From positions 1 through 62,166 of the forward strand of contig JAQGDQ010001110.1 of NCBI GenBank assembly GCA_030141605.1: DNA of 62,166 nt, read 5' to 3'. Shown here one piece after another: positions 1 to 12,650 of this stretch (its first letter is position 1; every line of letters begins with the position of its first letter). The notes beneath the pieces were generated by a model that was given only the letters and a program-made list of their open reading frames with translations, did no database searches and was not told the origin of the DNA. Source of the DNA: Tubiluchus corallicola. Lineage: Eukaryota > Animalia > Priapulida. The position numbers were made by a program, and so were the translations under genes.

Positions 1-412
1 AGAAAACCTCTTGCTTAAAGCACCAAAAAACCCTTACTTAGAACACGAGAAAAACCTTACTTAAAGAACAAGAAAACCCCTTACTTAAAGCACGAGAAAC
101 TCCTTACTTACATAAAGCAAAAAAATCGTCTTAAAATTTTGTATCATTCTGAAATTTTGCCTCATTGCATACAGAGATAGTACGCTAACGTTCTACAAAA
201 CTTATAAATTTAAACACTGGAGTTAACCGTTTGGCGCAGCCATTTTAACAGAAAATCATTTGAAACTTGTAGTTGGTGCGAAAAGAATTACTAAGAACTT
301 TCTTATCTAGTTACATAAGTCCTTCAAGTAGGCAAGCGAAATGTTAAGTACGACTTTTAAGGAAAGTTTTTTTTTGGGACATGGTTTAGAATTCCCCTTT
401 CTTCCCCTTTAG
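1..412. mobile_element. Diverged copy of the TTAA-flanked MITE family A, with tandemly amplified terminal unit
   Basis: Repeated TTAAAGCAC(A/G)AGAAAA(C)CCTTAC units at 1-120; internal similarity to the 22347 and 59490 copies; ends CCCCTTTCTTCCCCTTT. Confidence 0.55.
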
Positions 413-713
413 CTTGTAAGAACCATCACATCGCAAGCGCCAGCCTAATCTGGAGAATTCCTTACTTTTTTGGTGAAAAATTACCAAAATCCGGAGAAGT
501 TTCTTTTTGGGAATTGCCTTTCATAATTACTTAATACCATAATAATAATATAAACGATCAAAAAAGCCCTCCATGAAAAATACGCTGGAAAATGTGCCAA
601 TTTACCATTTCCAAAAATTGTAAAAATATTTGTGACATCATTCATAACTAATAATAACAACAGCAATCTATCATCAGCTGCTGATATGTCTTGCTACAAT
701 CATTGTTTCGTTT

Positions 714-2030
714 CATTACTGTTTTAAAAATTAAAATCATTGTTGTAAAGATGCCCAGAAAAGCTTGTGGTTGGTGAGAATTGAACTCTGGATTTCTCAC
801 TGTCATCGCTTGCTAAGCATTGAGAGGAGTAAATCACTTAGCATAGATTTTATGCTTAAATAACGCCTCTGATTATCTATTGATAATACATGTGTTAAGC
901 ATCTTACATAGCTTTCTAAGGCATGTATTATACATGTTTGATAACTTTCTAAGGCATGTATTATACATGTTCGATAACTTTCTAAGGCATGTATTATACA
1001 TGTTTGATAACTTTCTAAGGCATGCATTATACATGTTTGATAACTTTCTAAGGCATGTATTATACATGTTTGATAACTTTCTAAGGAATGTATTATACAT
1101 GTTTGATAACTTTCTAAGGCATGCATTATACATGTTTGATAACTTTGTAAGGCATGTATTGTACATGTTTCATAGCTTTCTAAGGCATGTATTATACATG
1201 TTTGATAACTTTCTAAGGTATTCCTTTTAGCTTGTCGTGTTTGTAATAATAATAATAATAATATAATAAGAAAATTTAATAACCTTTATTTAAAGTACTG
1301 CACAGAATATGATAAAAGCAACTTAAAATGTAACTTCAAATACATTTGCAAGATAAAAACAATTGTTTATTTTATTTATAATGTTATTTATAATATATAT
1401 GTATATTTAGTGTATAATATATAATATACATATTATATATATTATATTATATACATACATGCAAGACCTCTATTTGCAGACCGATATTTCTGCACTGTAT
1501 CATGATATAAGAGTATATATACAACACGGTCAATTATAATTGTGTCCTTAATACATGAGCCACAAACTTGCTTATAAAACATTTTAGCAATTATTTACAA
1601 TGATTAAGGTCTATAATAACAGAATTCATTCGCTGGGATTATTTAGATTACACTATTAGAAAAGTATTAAAATGACAAACTTTTCTACATTACTGTTTTA
1701 AAAATTAAAATCATTGTTGTAGAGATGCCCAAAAAAGCTTGTGGTTGGTGGGAATTGAACTCTGGATTTCTCACTGTCATCGCTTGCTAAGCATTGAGAG
1801 GAGTAAATCACTTAGCATAGATTATATGCTTAAATAACGCCCCTGATTATCTATTGATAATACATGTGTTAAGCATCTTACATAGCTTTCTAAGGCATGT
1901 GTTATACATGTTTGATAACTTTCTAAGGCATGTATTATACATGTTTGATAACTTTCTAAGACATGTATTATACATGTTTGATAACTTTCTAAGGCATGCA
2001 TTATACATGTTTGATAACTTTCTAAGGCAC
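714..2030. repeat. Local duplication (about 714-1219 and about 1688-2030), each copy ending in a 33-bp minisatellite
   Basis: About 200 bp near-identical lead-in, then unit CTTTCTAAGGCATGTATTATACATGTTTGATAA, about 9 and about 4 copies. Confidence 0.92.
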
Positions 2031-2898
2031 GCTTTACTTACAAATATATAAGAACAAGGACTTGCTAAAATTTGCGACAAAACCAGGATAGATTTTGCCT
2101 GAGTTATGCATAAACATGTATGTATATAAATATATATAAGTGTGCGTGAGTTAAAATTTATATTGTATTATGCATTTAACCCTTTTACATCCCAAGTCAC
2201 CAATGAAAAAATTAGAAAAACTGGGCTAGACCGATATGTTACCTGAATCTACCTGTTAGTCGTAAAAGATCCACTAATTAACATGCAGCACGTGATTTCA
2301 CGAGGATGGTACACCTGACAGGTGCATAATTGTGTATGCAGGTTGCTGACCTGAACGTATCCAAGCGGGGAGCTCATCAAACATCCATGGAATGTTTTCA
2401 CTGTAGTCAAATGACCTATCTTCTTGCGGGTTCAAACTGTATAATACGAACTTTCAATAAATGGCGAAAGCGAATTCCTAAAACGAACGTGTAACCGAAA
2501 ATTTGTTAATTAGAATAGCTTAGTTACCTTGAACCGTGTGAATAAGTTAAGTAATCAGTAGGCGCCCAACAAAAACAACAAAATAGGTGTTGTTTCAGGT
2601 TGTAAACATGGCAGCTAAGTTTAAATGTTGTGAATCGTGATTAGCTAGAAACGACGGACGACCCATCAACCTGTGGACATACGTAAAACTTATTATATGT
2701 TACAAAATTACGTTAATTATAATAGTTGTAAAACCTAATATAGTCTATAGTTTTACGAATATAACAACATTTTTATTAGGAAAATCAACGTTTCCATTGC
2801 ACTCTGGTAGTGTCATCTTCTATAGCTGTAGGAATATAGGGTGTTATTTGTCGAAATGATGAAGCTGTTTTTGTTGGAGAATTGATTGAAACATAGCC

Positions 2899-4480
2899 TG
2901 AAGAATAACTGAAAACTGATAAGTAAAGAAGGAATAATGAGTGAAGCGTAATTGAAAACCGATAAGTAAAGAAGGAATAATGAGTGAAGAGTAACTGAAA
3001 ACTGATAAGTAAAGAAGGAATAATGAGTGAAGAATAACTGAAAACTGATTAATAAGGAAGAATTAAGTAGTGAAGAATAACTGAAAACTGATTAATAAGG
3101 AAGAATGAAATAGTGAATAATAACTGAAAACTGATTAATAAGGAAGTTTTAAGTTGTGAAAAGTAAGAGAAAACTGATAAAAAAGGAACGAATAAGTAGC
3201 GAAGAATAACTGAAAACTGATTAATAAGGAAGGAATAAGTAGCGAAGAGTAACTGAAAACTGATTAATAAGGAAGAATTAAGTAGTGAAGAGTAACTGAA
3301 AATTGATTAATAAGGAAGAATTAAGTAGTGAAGAGTAACTGAAAATTGATTAATAAGGAAGAATTAAGTAGTGAAGAGTAACTGAAAATTGATTAATAAG
3401 GAAGGAATAAGTAGCGAAGAGTAACTGAAAACTGATAAGTAAGGAAGAATTAAGTAGTGAAGAATAACTGAAAATTGATTAATAAGGAAGAATTAAGTAG
3501 TGAAAAATAACTGAAAACTGATTAATAAGGAAGAATGAAGTAGTGAAAAGTAACTGAAAACTGATTAATAAGGAAGAGATAAGTAGTGAAGAGTAACTGA
3601 AAACTGATAAATAAGGAAGAGATAAGTAGTGAAGAGTAACTGAAAAGTGATTAATAAGGAAGAATTAAGTAGTGAAGAGTAACTGAAAATTGATTAATAA
3701 GGAAGAATTAAGTAGTGAAGAATAACTGAAAACTGATTAATAAGGAAGAATTAAGTAGTGAAAAGTAACCGAAAACTGATTAATAAGGAAGTTTTAAGTT
3801 GTGAAAAGTAACCGAAAACTGATTAATAAGGAAGTTTTAAGTTGTGAAAAGTAACCGAAAACTGATTAATAAGGAAGTTTTAAGTTGTGAAAAGTAACCG
3901 AAAACTGATTAATAGGGAAGTTTTAAGTTGTGAAAAGTAACCGAAAACTGATTAATAAGGAAGAATTAAGTAGTGAAAAGTAACCGAAAACTGATTAATA
4001 AGGAAGTTTTAAGTTGTGAAAAGTAACTGAAAACTGATTAATAAGGAAGTTTTAAGTCGTGAAAAGTAACCGAAAACTGATTAATAAGGAAGTTTTAAGT
4101 TGTGAAAAGTAACCGAAAACTGATTAATAAGGAAGTTTTAAGTTGTGAAAAGTAACCGAAAACTGATTAATAAGGAAGTTTTAAGTTGTGAAAAGTAACC
4201 GAAAACTGATTAATAAGGAAGTTTTAAGTTGTGAAAAGTAACCGAAAACTGATTAATAAGGAAGTTTTAAGTTGTGAAAAGTAACCGAAAACTGATTAAT
4301 AAGGAAGTTTTAAGTTGTGAAAAGTAACCGAAAACTGATTAATAAGGAAGTTTTAAGTTGTGAAAAGTAACCGAAAACTGATTAATAAGGAAGTTTTAAG
4401 TTGTGAAAAGTAAGTGAAAACTGATAAAAAAGGAACGAATAAGTAGCGAAGAATAACTGAAACTGACAAATAAGGAAGGC
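2899..4480. repeat. 43-bp purine-rich minisatellite, about 36 copies
   Basis: Unit GAAGAGTAACTGAAAACTGATTAATAAGGAAGAATTAAGTAGT with blocks of variant units. Confidence 0.95.
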
Positions 4481-4961
4481 ATGAGTAGAGCTTCCTGTTT
4501 GCAATAGGATGGTCCGTTTGGCTTTCAGTAATTTAGAAGTCGGATGATTTGCCTCAACATAATAAAAATATCATCTAACTAATGAAAAATGTTACGTATA
4601 TTCAATTTCAATTTATCTATCTCTTTAGAACACTACAATAGAACGTTATCAATAAGAGAATCAATAATAAGGGGTGAGGAGTGGTTACAATACATAGATA
4701 TAAAACTAGAGAAAGGATAACTGAAGGACTATAAAGTCTGCTATCCTTATATGGTACAGGAAAGCTAAGCATTTTTGCATGAGGCTTGTTCAACGGCTAA
4801 ACCTATTGGGTTACAGTTGGTTCTATCAGTTTGTACAGAATTAATTGAAGAGATTTATTATTTAGGCTGTAAAAGTAGAAACGCTTGCATTAAGACAGGT
4901 TACGTGCTACTAAACTAGAAAATTTTTATGCGCCAGCTTTTGGTTGCAACACTTTAAGAGG

Positions 4962-5130
4962 TGGTTGAGTGCAACGTATGGCGACTGCATTTGAAGCAAA
5001 ATTTGGCTGAAGTGCAACGTATGGCGACTGCATTTGAAGCAAAATTTGGTTGAAGTGCAACGTATGGCGACTGCATTTGAAGCAAAATTTGGTTGAAGTG
5101 CAACGTATGGCGACTGTATTTGAAGCATAA
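4962..5130. repeat. 43-bp tandem repeat, about 4 copies
   Basis: Unit TGAAGTGCAACGTATGGCGACTGCATTTGAAGCAAAATTTGGT. Confidence 0.92.
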
Positions 5131-6000
5131 TTTTCACTTTTAAGTAACTTTCACCGAGAAATAAGTTCATTTAACTAGCAGTATACATTCTAGTTTGACG
5201 TTTGATAAAAGTAAGATTATATTCCTTAATCTCCAAGCGGCTCTGATAGGATTGCAGAAGAAAATTTTATAGCCTTTGTGCGAAAGTGTGTTGCACTTTG
5301 CAATAAACAAAATTCGACCATTCAATTTAAATGTAGTAGAACTCAAACGTGAATTAGGAAAATTGTTATTTTAGCGAATTATAGAACTAGTAGTTTCATT
5401 GTCCAAGACAAAGTTTAGAGAGTGCAGACTTCGCAAAGCTGTCATACCCTACGTTAAAGTTACTAACTTTGCTCTGACGATGCCTGAGTTTAACGGTCGT
5501 GAACTTTCTCTGGAATGAAATTAAGCTACCTGAGCAGTAATTACAGACAGTATTGTAGCGGTCAGTGCTATTCTCTAGTCTAGTTCATGCACTCCGCTAA
5601 TTGCTTTCAATAACTTGATTGGCGGTTTCTGGTCGATTTAACAGCAAATTCACTTTTAGACTTGCGGCTAACAATTCAGATTTGAAATCTATGCGTAAAA
5701 AGATAACATTCTTCATCTGGGTATGGTGTTTTTTACAAGTTTTGTGTAAGGCGCGTTAAAGGAAAACAGGATGATTGTTCATATCCTACTGCATTTTGAT
5801 GAACGGTAAAAGTACACATTTTAAGATCTACAATAATGCCAAATCGTTTCTAATAATTAAATAATAGATTAAGAGCTTAATTAGCGGCATGCAAGCCCTG
5901 TTATTGATGACATCACAACAGAATAATTTTTCAACAACACAAACATTCAATGAGCATGTTGCGGATGTGTGCGAAAGCGACAATTGAGGCTAGTGCTACT

Positions 6001-6349
6001 GTTAGCGATTCAGTGTGTTGTACTAAAACTAGGCAAGTATTAGGACAAAAATTCAGATTTACCGCTTTGATCACCTATGAGGAGCTCTCGAATGTGTGTA
6101 TTACGCCACAAACGAACACCTCTGAACTTTTTTCAACGCGTTTTGAAATACGGGCGTTAGTGCCCATCTTACCTGCAGATGGCGAAATGCATGTAACAAG
6201 AACTAGTCGCGCGAACGTGAAATCACCATTCGGTGGTATTAATTCTTTCACGTAAGTTATTCATGGAAAAAGTAGCATGTTCCCTTTCAATATTTCATAG
6301 GACAGATAGTTTTGAGTTATGGTATAAGAGGGCACCGGTTTTCTCTTAA
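6001..6349 (+). mobile_element. Interspersed repeat family B, copy 1 (probable MITE)
   Basis: About 350-390 bp of homology to 19075-19449 and 54195-54583 (shared TACTAAAACTAGGCAAG, GAGCTCTCGAA, GCGAACGTGAAAT, ATGTTCCCTTTCA). Confidence 0.75.
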
Positions 6350-6561
6350 AAGAAGGGTGAAAGGCCTGTTTAAAATATCTTGTAATCTGTTTTGTTGGAG
6401 CTATAATTTTTATTTTACCTCGGTTCATTCGTTCAGTTTATTCAACTGATTTATGTTGGATAGATTGTAAGTTTACAGTTTTTAACACTTTGAATTTCCC
6501 AAATTTCTCATGTATCTACTAAAGTATTATAAACAGTGTTAGAAGCATTTACAAACAATAA

Positions 6562-6899
6562 GTCAAAGGTTAAGTGTATCCCAGCAACGCGTTTTAACTA
6601 ACCGTTACGTGACATGTGGGTAAAGCAAAGCCGCCTGCCGCTTCAGTTCAGTAACTTCAATTATTTTACGTGGACTTTACTTAATTATGCATTAGTCTGT
6701 GCGTAGAGTGATTTACTAGCAGGATCTTGCTTCGGAACAACAAAAAATGATAAGGTCCTAGCTAGTTGTTAAAACTGTTAGTATTACAATAGCATGGCTT
6801 GCGAGGCGTAGTCAAGTGTACACAAAAGCGTTGTCTGGTACACTTAACCTTTGACGTTTTGACGATCATCATCAATCGCTGGAACTGCGAAAAGGCTTA
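6562..6899 (+). mobile_element. MITE family C, copy 1
   Basis: Internal inverted repeat GTCAAAGGTTAAGTGTA...TACACTTAACCTTTGAC; homologous to 34072-34430 and, reversed, to 56954-57353. Confidence 0.8.
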
Positions 6900-7596
6900 C
6901 TGCCAACTAGCCTATTGTTTGCGTCGGATAAAATTTATAAGAGGGTATCAGTGATTGAAAATGCTCGCACACTTAGTACACCACAAACACTTAGTACACC
7001 ACAAACACTATAACGCCGTGAGTGGTTTGTTTGTCTACGCCACAAATGATTTGCGGAAAATTGAATCAGTAGCCTCCATAAACCTAGAAAAATTGAAGAA
7101 AGTGTTGAACAATCTGGTTATATAAAGTTTATTTAAAGTCGATCATTTACATGTATAAAATAAGCTGTTAGGTCTTTATCGACTAAAGATCGACTAAATT
7201 TATCGAATAACTTTGCTTACAAGAGAAAAGGATGGAAAACGACAAATTGCCAGAAGCTGAAAGGAATATATTTCCTCAATTCAAACAATTTTTCCATGCA
7301 CAAACTCGTATTATTATGATTGTTATTTTGTTGTTATTCCTATGGTTTTCTGGAATACAGCTAATCAACGTTGCCAGCTAAAATCAATGAAACGAGCACC
7401 TATCGGAAGTGTGGTGTGTTTGAATGGATAGAAGGCTGGATAGGTGACAAGATCATTGGACTTATAGACAGAGGAAGATGAAAATGTGATTTTTCACTGC
7501 AGGAAGTGAACATGTCGGTTAGGTACTTACCGGTTCGATAAGCTGACGCATCAGTGCATATAGCTTACCAGGAGTTACAGTTAATGCCTAAAGTTT

Positions 7597-7815
7597 AGAA
7601 TTCCCCACACGCAAGAATTAAGTTCGTGAAGCAGATCATGGTTATGATTAGGATTAGGGTTAGTGTTAAGGTTGGATTACAGTTGGATTAGGATTAGTAT
7701 TAGGGTTAGGGTTAGTGTTAGGGTTAGGGTTGGAAAACAATTGGATTAGGATTAGTGTTAGGGTTAGGATTAGTGTTAGGGTTAGGGTTAGGGTATTAAA
7801 TTGTGTGGGGGAACT
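7597..7815 (+). repeat. Degenerate (TTAGGG)n telomere-like tract flanked by short inverted repeats
   Basis: TTAGGG/TTAGGA/TTAGTG units at about 7647-7795; AATTCCCCACAC on the left and GTGTGGGGGAACT on the right. Confidence 0.75.
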
Positions 7816-8366
7816 GTAAATAAACCGAGTTCGATTGCTAGTTTGGGTGTTTTTCTCTATCAATCTTTTCGTTATAATCTTGAGTTGAAGAAATTAAATC
7901 CATTACTTACGATAGATGGGAAATTTTCAGTTTTTGTTGAAACGTGGGTTATATTATTGTCTTCCTATTTTGTTGTGGCATTTCCACTATAGATACGAAT
8001 GTAATTAGAGTTAGAACTGTGCATATAGAAAAATATTTGACTTTAAACATAACAAAAGTGTAAAACTACTTATGTATTACTGTGGTGCGTATTTACAACT
8101 ATTTACAAGAATTAAAAATTATGATTTATTTAATTACTATGGATATGAAAATTCTGAATTGGTATGCATGCTGTCGTATTGGTATGATGGTATTTCATGT
8201 TAAATTATATTATATTATATCATATATTTTGGTTAATATTAATGATTTTAATTTTGTCTTATTTGATTTGTTTGACCTGTAATGGTAGAGGTTAGCTTCA
8301 TAATAAATTATGAATGTTGTGCCAGTCTCTTGTCCAAGAATTACAATGTCTTTTGTTGTTTTACAG

Positions 8367-8459
8367 TGAATATAACGCAGTCTCTGATAGACAAGCCTTG
8401 TCGAAAGATACGGATGCAGATAGACGAGACGATGTCCAGTGACGAAACCACGAGGATTC
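8367..8459 (+). CDS. Claudin/PMP22-superfamily tetraspan protein, internal exon (end of extracellular loop 1)
   Basis: ttacag|TG...ATTC|gtaagt, 93 nt, phase 1-1; NITQSLIDKPCRKIRMQIDETMSSDETTRI. Upstream exon(s) not identified. Confidence 0.75.
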
Positions 8460-8822
8460 GTAAGTATCAACTGCATCCGTGTTCTCTTCTGGCTTCTTAT
8501 GCGTCTTCTTCTTTCTCTTCTTTTTCTTCTCCTTTGCTACTGCTGCTTCTCTTTCTTGTCTAGTCTTTTTGTCCCCTTGTTATTTTTCTCGATTTTCTAT
8601 TTTGTCTTTATTTTTCTTCCTTTTTCTTGTGCTATTGCACCTGTTTCGTCTTCTTTCTCTTTCGTGTTTTTTTTACTTCTGCTTTGCCAACTTTACAGTG
8701 TTTCATTTTTTGCTGTTATTCGTTTGTCTGTTTACTTTTGTTGTTTAGATTTGTGGCACTATGAACAATAGATGAAATTATATTACTCAACTTTCTGACC
8801 GTGAACCTTTTCTGTAGATTAA

Positions 8823-9350
8823 GGGGAAACCGGACGATTGATTAGACTCAATCTCATTTTAATTTACTATCCAAACGATACAAAAGATTTCTTGCTTCTA
8901 AAAGTTAGCAACTGTTTCTAATATTTAAATAATTACCTTGGAAAGTTAATGAGCGTCAACCGAACACAGCTATTGCCACGTCACAAACTTCCTTGCATCT
9001 TCCCTGTGCGTGAAGCACGTTCGCGTAAGCGAAGATTCCTATAAAACGCTGATGTGATGTTACAAAAGTGAGCTGTACGTCACACTGACGTCACAAACGA
9101 ACACTACAGTTCATGGTCGTGCTTATCACGGTACCGCGCCTATTTGTCGATAACGTGAATGAGACAAAAATGCACCATTTCCAGTCTTAGTGGATTTGCT
9201 GAGCCGCAATAAGTTTGAAAGTTTAACAAGGTATCCGAAGTAACTATTATTTAATCTAAGCTTTGATTTAAGAAAAAACTGTTGTAATTTTCAATGTTTC
9301 AGTGCATACTTTAATTTGAACTAATGTCTACATAATGGTTTAGTTTTCCT
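8823..9350. mobile_element. Possible TTAA-flanked MITE
   Basis: TTAA|GGGGAAAC...GTTTTCCT|TTAA imperfect termini around a more GC-rich core; single copy in the window. Confidence 0.35.
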
Positions 9351-10714
9351 TTAAGTATGATGACAGTTTTAGAATTATTTACGTTTATTAAAGTTGCTAC
9401 ACGTGTTTCTAACAAATACAGAAATTACTCGCCCACTCAGTCACTACAGTTACTGAGAAATGAATGCCAAAGTTTAGGAACTTAAATTTCTCGTGTTCAT
9501 AATTAAATTAATAATCTTTCAGTCTTAATCATTCACCATGTGCTGTGCAAAAATAAGACAAACGTTCTGCTTCTCATATTCCTGTCTTGATCGTTCTTAG
9601 ATATGGAACAAATGCTTATAATCCATTTTTCTCCGGGCCGCTTATTTGTGGAAGGTTTACTGGAAAATTATTGACAAGAAGAGCGTTGACAGATCCCTCA
9701 TCTCACTCCGATCACTAACTAATCAGTGACAAGAGTTCTATTTCTCTTAACCTGAATTTGTATTTTGATATGTTTACTGAAGTCTCAAAATTTCTCACCA
9801 GGTGTCACTGAGTATCCAACGACCTTGTTTTGGGTGATTTCTATAAGAAACTGTATAGTTGTAACAGTAAATTCTGTACCTACAGTGTTTGTAAAGGATC
9901 GAGTCATCTGAACAGCTATTGTTTTCACTCAAAATTAGAACCTGTTCAGACTATCCCTAAACAAAACACGAGTGACTCGGAAACATGATTCTAATTCGTG
10001 TAAATTCCCTTGATCTCGTTTGGTGCAAAGTTCAGAAGAACAATGGCCTCATTAGTGGGTTAGTAAAGTTATACATTACTGTAATGTGTAGTATTACTGT
10101 AACGTAACCAGTCAAGTTTGCCCATGAATTATAATGGTTGACTCGAGGTGCAAATCATGGATTTTGTGATAAACATTGACTGAATGGCTTAGATGGTGAA
10201 TGTGGGACAATACACAGATCGCAGAACATCAACCGACCAGAGGGGGTCCACCTCTCAATGGTCAATCAAGACGCTGTGTTTTGCCTCTAACTTCAATTCA
10301 ATTTTAATTTATTTATCTCTTTATAATACTACAATAAAACGTGATTAATAAAAGAATCGCTAATAAGTTTTGAAGAATAGATAGATCTAGAACTAGAGAA
10401 AGGATAGCGAAAAGACTATAAAGTCACCTAGTCTGCTATCCTTTACCGAATATAGATAAAATGATTTTTAGACACTGGTTGGCATTAATGTTATCAGTTT
10501 AATTTAGGAAATATTAATAATTTTAAAATTATGACATTTGCTATATAATTAAGTAATCCTGGTGATTTTTCGATTGCTTGCACCTGGAGTTACTCACAAC
10601 CAAAGCAGTATTTGCTCCTGAAAACGCATAAGACATGTAATATACAGTGAAAGTATGCGTTCATGATTGTTTTTGCTTATTAAGTTCATTAAATAGCAGT
10701 GAAAGAGAGTAAGA

Positions 10715-10905
10715 ATGATGAAGCATTGTGCTTGGGGCACTTGTAATGTGGATGTTCGGTACCAACAAAGGTTACAAGAAGTTCGCCTTGTTAGTTTTTC
10801 CAATTCAAAAAACACTTGGACAAGTATCATAGATGGATCATGCGGGAGCCACGTGAACAGGTCAACCCATTCGAAATTAATAAAAATCCTGCTGTCTGTT
10901 CAAAA
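10715..10905 (+). pseudogene. Frameshifted THAP (C2CH) zinc-finger relic, probably transposon-derived
   Basis: MMKHCAWGTCNVDVRYQQRLQEVRLVSFSNSK, then after a frameshift LDKYHRWIMREPREQVNPFEINKNPAVCSK; fits THAP M-x-x-C-x4-C...F(P)...W...VCSxH. Confidence 0.65.
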
Positions 10906-11699
10906 TTTTCTAATGTTTTATTGTTAATACTCGCTGCATGTACAAATGCGACGTGCTGTATCAAGGCACTCTAAGCACTGGAATAAGATACTTCGGATAC
11001 TGCACAGCATAACGTAAGATAAGATACGTAAGTTGTGCATGACCGTATGAACGAACACGTTCATAATTACATTTTGTAATTATTAATAGTCACAAAGTTT
11101 GTTTACATTACAGGAAATTAAACCACTAAATGCAACGACCAAAAATCATTGGTATTAAGTACAGTAATACATAATGCTACTTGAACAATCTGCCTATTCA
11201 AACAAATTTCAAGTGCTACAGATATCTCACAAAAAATGCCAGAATAACTTGGGAACTAAAAGACATTATTTACAACTTATTTACTAGCTGACATTTTAAA
11301 CATTGTATTCTTTTGCATTTTCTCGCAAACTTTTACACTTTAAACTTCTCTTAATCCTGTTTTAAATGTGGCTCTGATAAACTCATCTTTTCATTCCTTA
11401 TTGCCATTCTTGTGGTATATTAAAATTGATACTGTTAATTACAATCGATCAATCAACCTATCAGGCCCGCCAGCTCATTTAAGTAGTCTTTAGTTAGTCA
11501 ATCATTGGTCAGTCAGTCAATCGCTTAGTCAGTTGGTCAATCAGCCTTCACATTAAAATTTATCGATCAACTTACCTATAAAAAACACTAGGTTTGAAAT
11601 AAAAATTTCATACGACCGGCAATCTTTCCACTTTCTCAGTCGGTCAATCATTCACATCTAAACTAATCGATCATGTGTCAGTCAGACAGACAAATTTGC

Positions 11700-12650
11700 C
11701 TCTTCCGTTGCGGGGTGGCAATTTTAATTCTGTAATGTTTAAGGTCGAAAATGGGGGTTCGTCAAGGTGCGAATATGTCGCCTATTTTATTTAATGAATG
11801 CTCTCGAGACGTAAGCGCGCAGATCTTACATCAACAGGTCTTGGCTGCCAAATTGTTAATACATTAATCACTTGATTTTTGTTGACGATGGTTGTTTGTT
11901 AGCTTCGACTGCAACGACAGCTTTACAAACTGCGGATACGTATGTCCGCTGGGCTGACAAATGTTAAAAACGAAACTTCTAACTATTACTTACCCAGTAT
12001 GTGTCAGTTCAGTTTTGGGTCTTTTATTGTAGCTGGTAGCGTAATTCGTCCGTGCGAAACGGAGAAGTATCTTGGCTACATAATTTCCAGAGATAATAGA
12101 GACGATATTGATATTACAAGGCAACGTTGTATTTATTAAGTTAGAACAAACAGCATATTGAGAATATTTTCTCACGTACGAATAGCGTAAAAACTCGTTT
12201 TTTCATTCGTATCGCATCTGGAAACTATTCAATAATTCATGTGGTGACAGTACTAGAACAATTGCAGTACAAATTGTTCATAACGTTACGTATTATGATC
12301 TTATACATATGAAAATGGCTTACAGTTTGTTCGTGAGTGTTGATTAGTTCAAATGTTTAGTGTTTTAATGTTTAGTGTTTATGCTCAACGTAATAATGTT
12401 TAGTTGAAATTCATTAATTAAAACTTTATTCGAAAATGAAATCGCTTTCACTTTTGACATTAGAAGACAGTGGAGGAAAAAATCACATAGGAATTATACT
12501 CATTGGACATATTTTAGTCTTGAGCATTGCAGGATAATTTATCATTGTATATATAGTATGTAATGTTGTATATACAGTTGTCTTCTTGTGTTTATGTGTT
12601 TTTATAATTTATGTGTAACTATGGCCTTGATTCGAAATAAAGTGTTAAAT
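11700..12650 (+). mobile_element. Decayed non-LTR retrotransposon (3' part of RT ORF plus tail)
   Basis: GVRQGANMSPILFN, degenerate FVDD (YADD box), EKYLGYIISRDNRDDIDITRQR, with stops and frameshifts; AATAAA near 12635; flanked by (CAGT)n-like repeats. Confidence 0.8.

Noticed and set aside
803-2080. Repetitive ORFs (HALESYQTCII and other frames)
   Set aside because: By-product of the 33-bp minisatellite; open in several frames on both strands, with no splice or domain support
7370-7445. Possible upstream exon of the claudin-like gene (KINETSTYRKCGVFEWIEGWI)
   Set aside because: Weak acceptor and donor, and no recognisable W-x-GLW-C claudin motif
8439-8771. Hydrophobic ORFs resembling membrane proteins
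   Set aside because: Pyrimidine-rich low-complexity intron sequence directly after a real donor site
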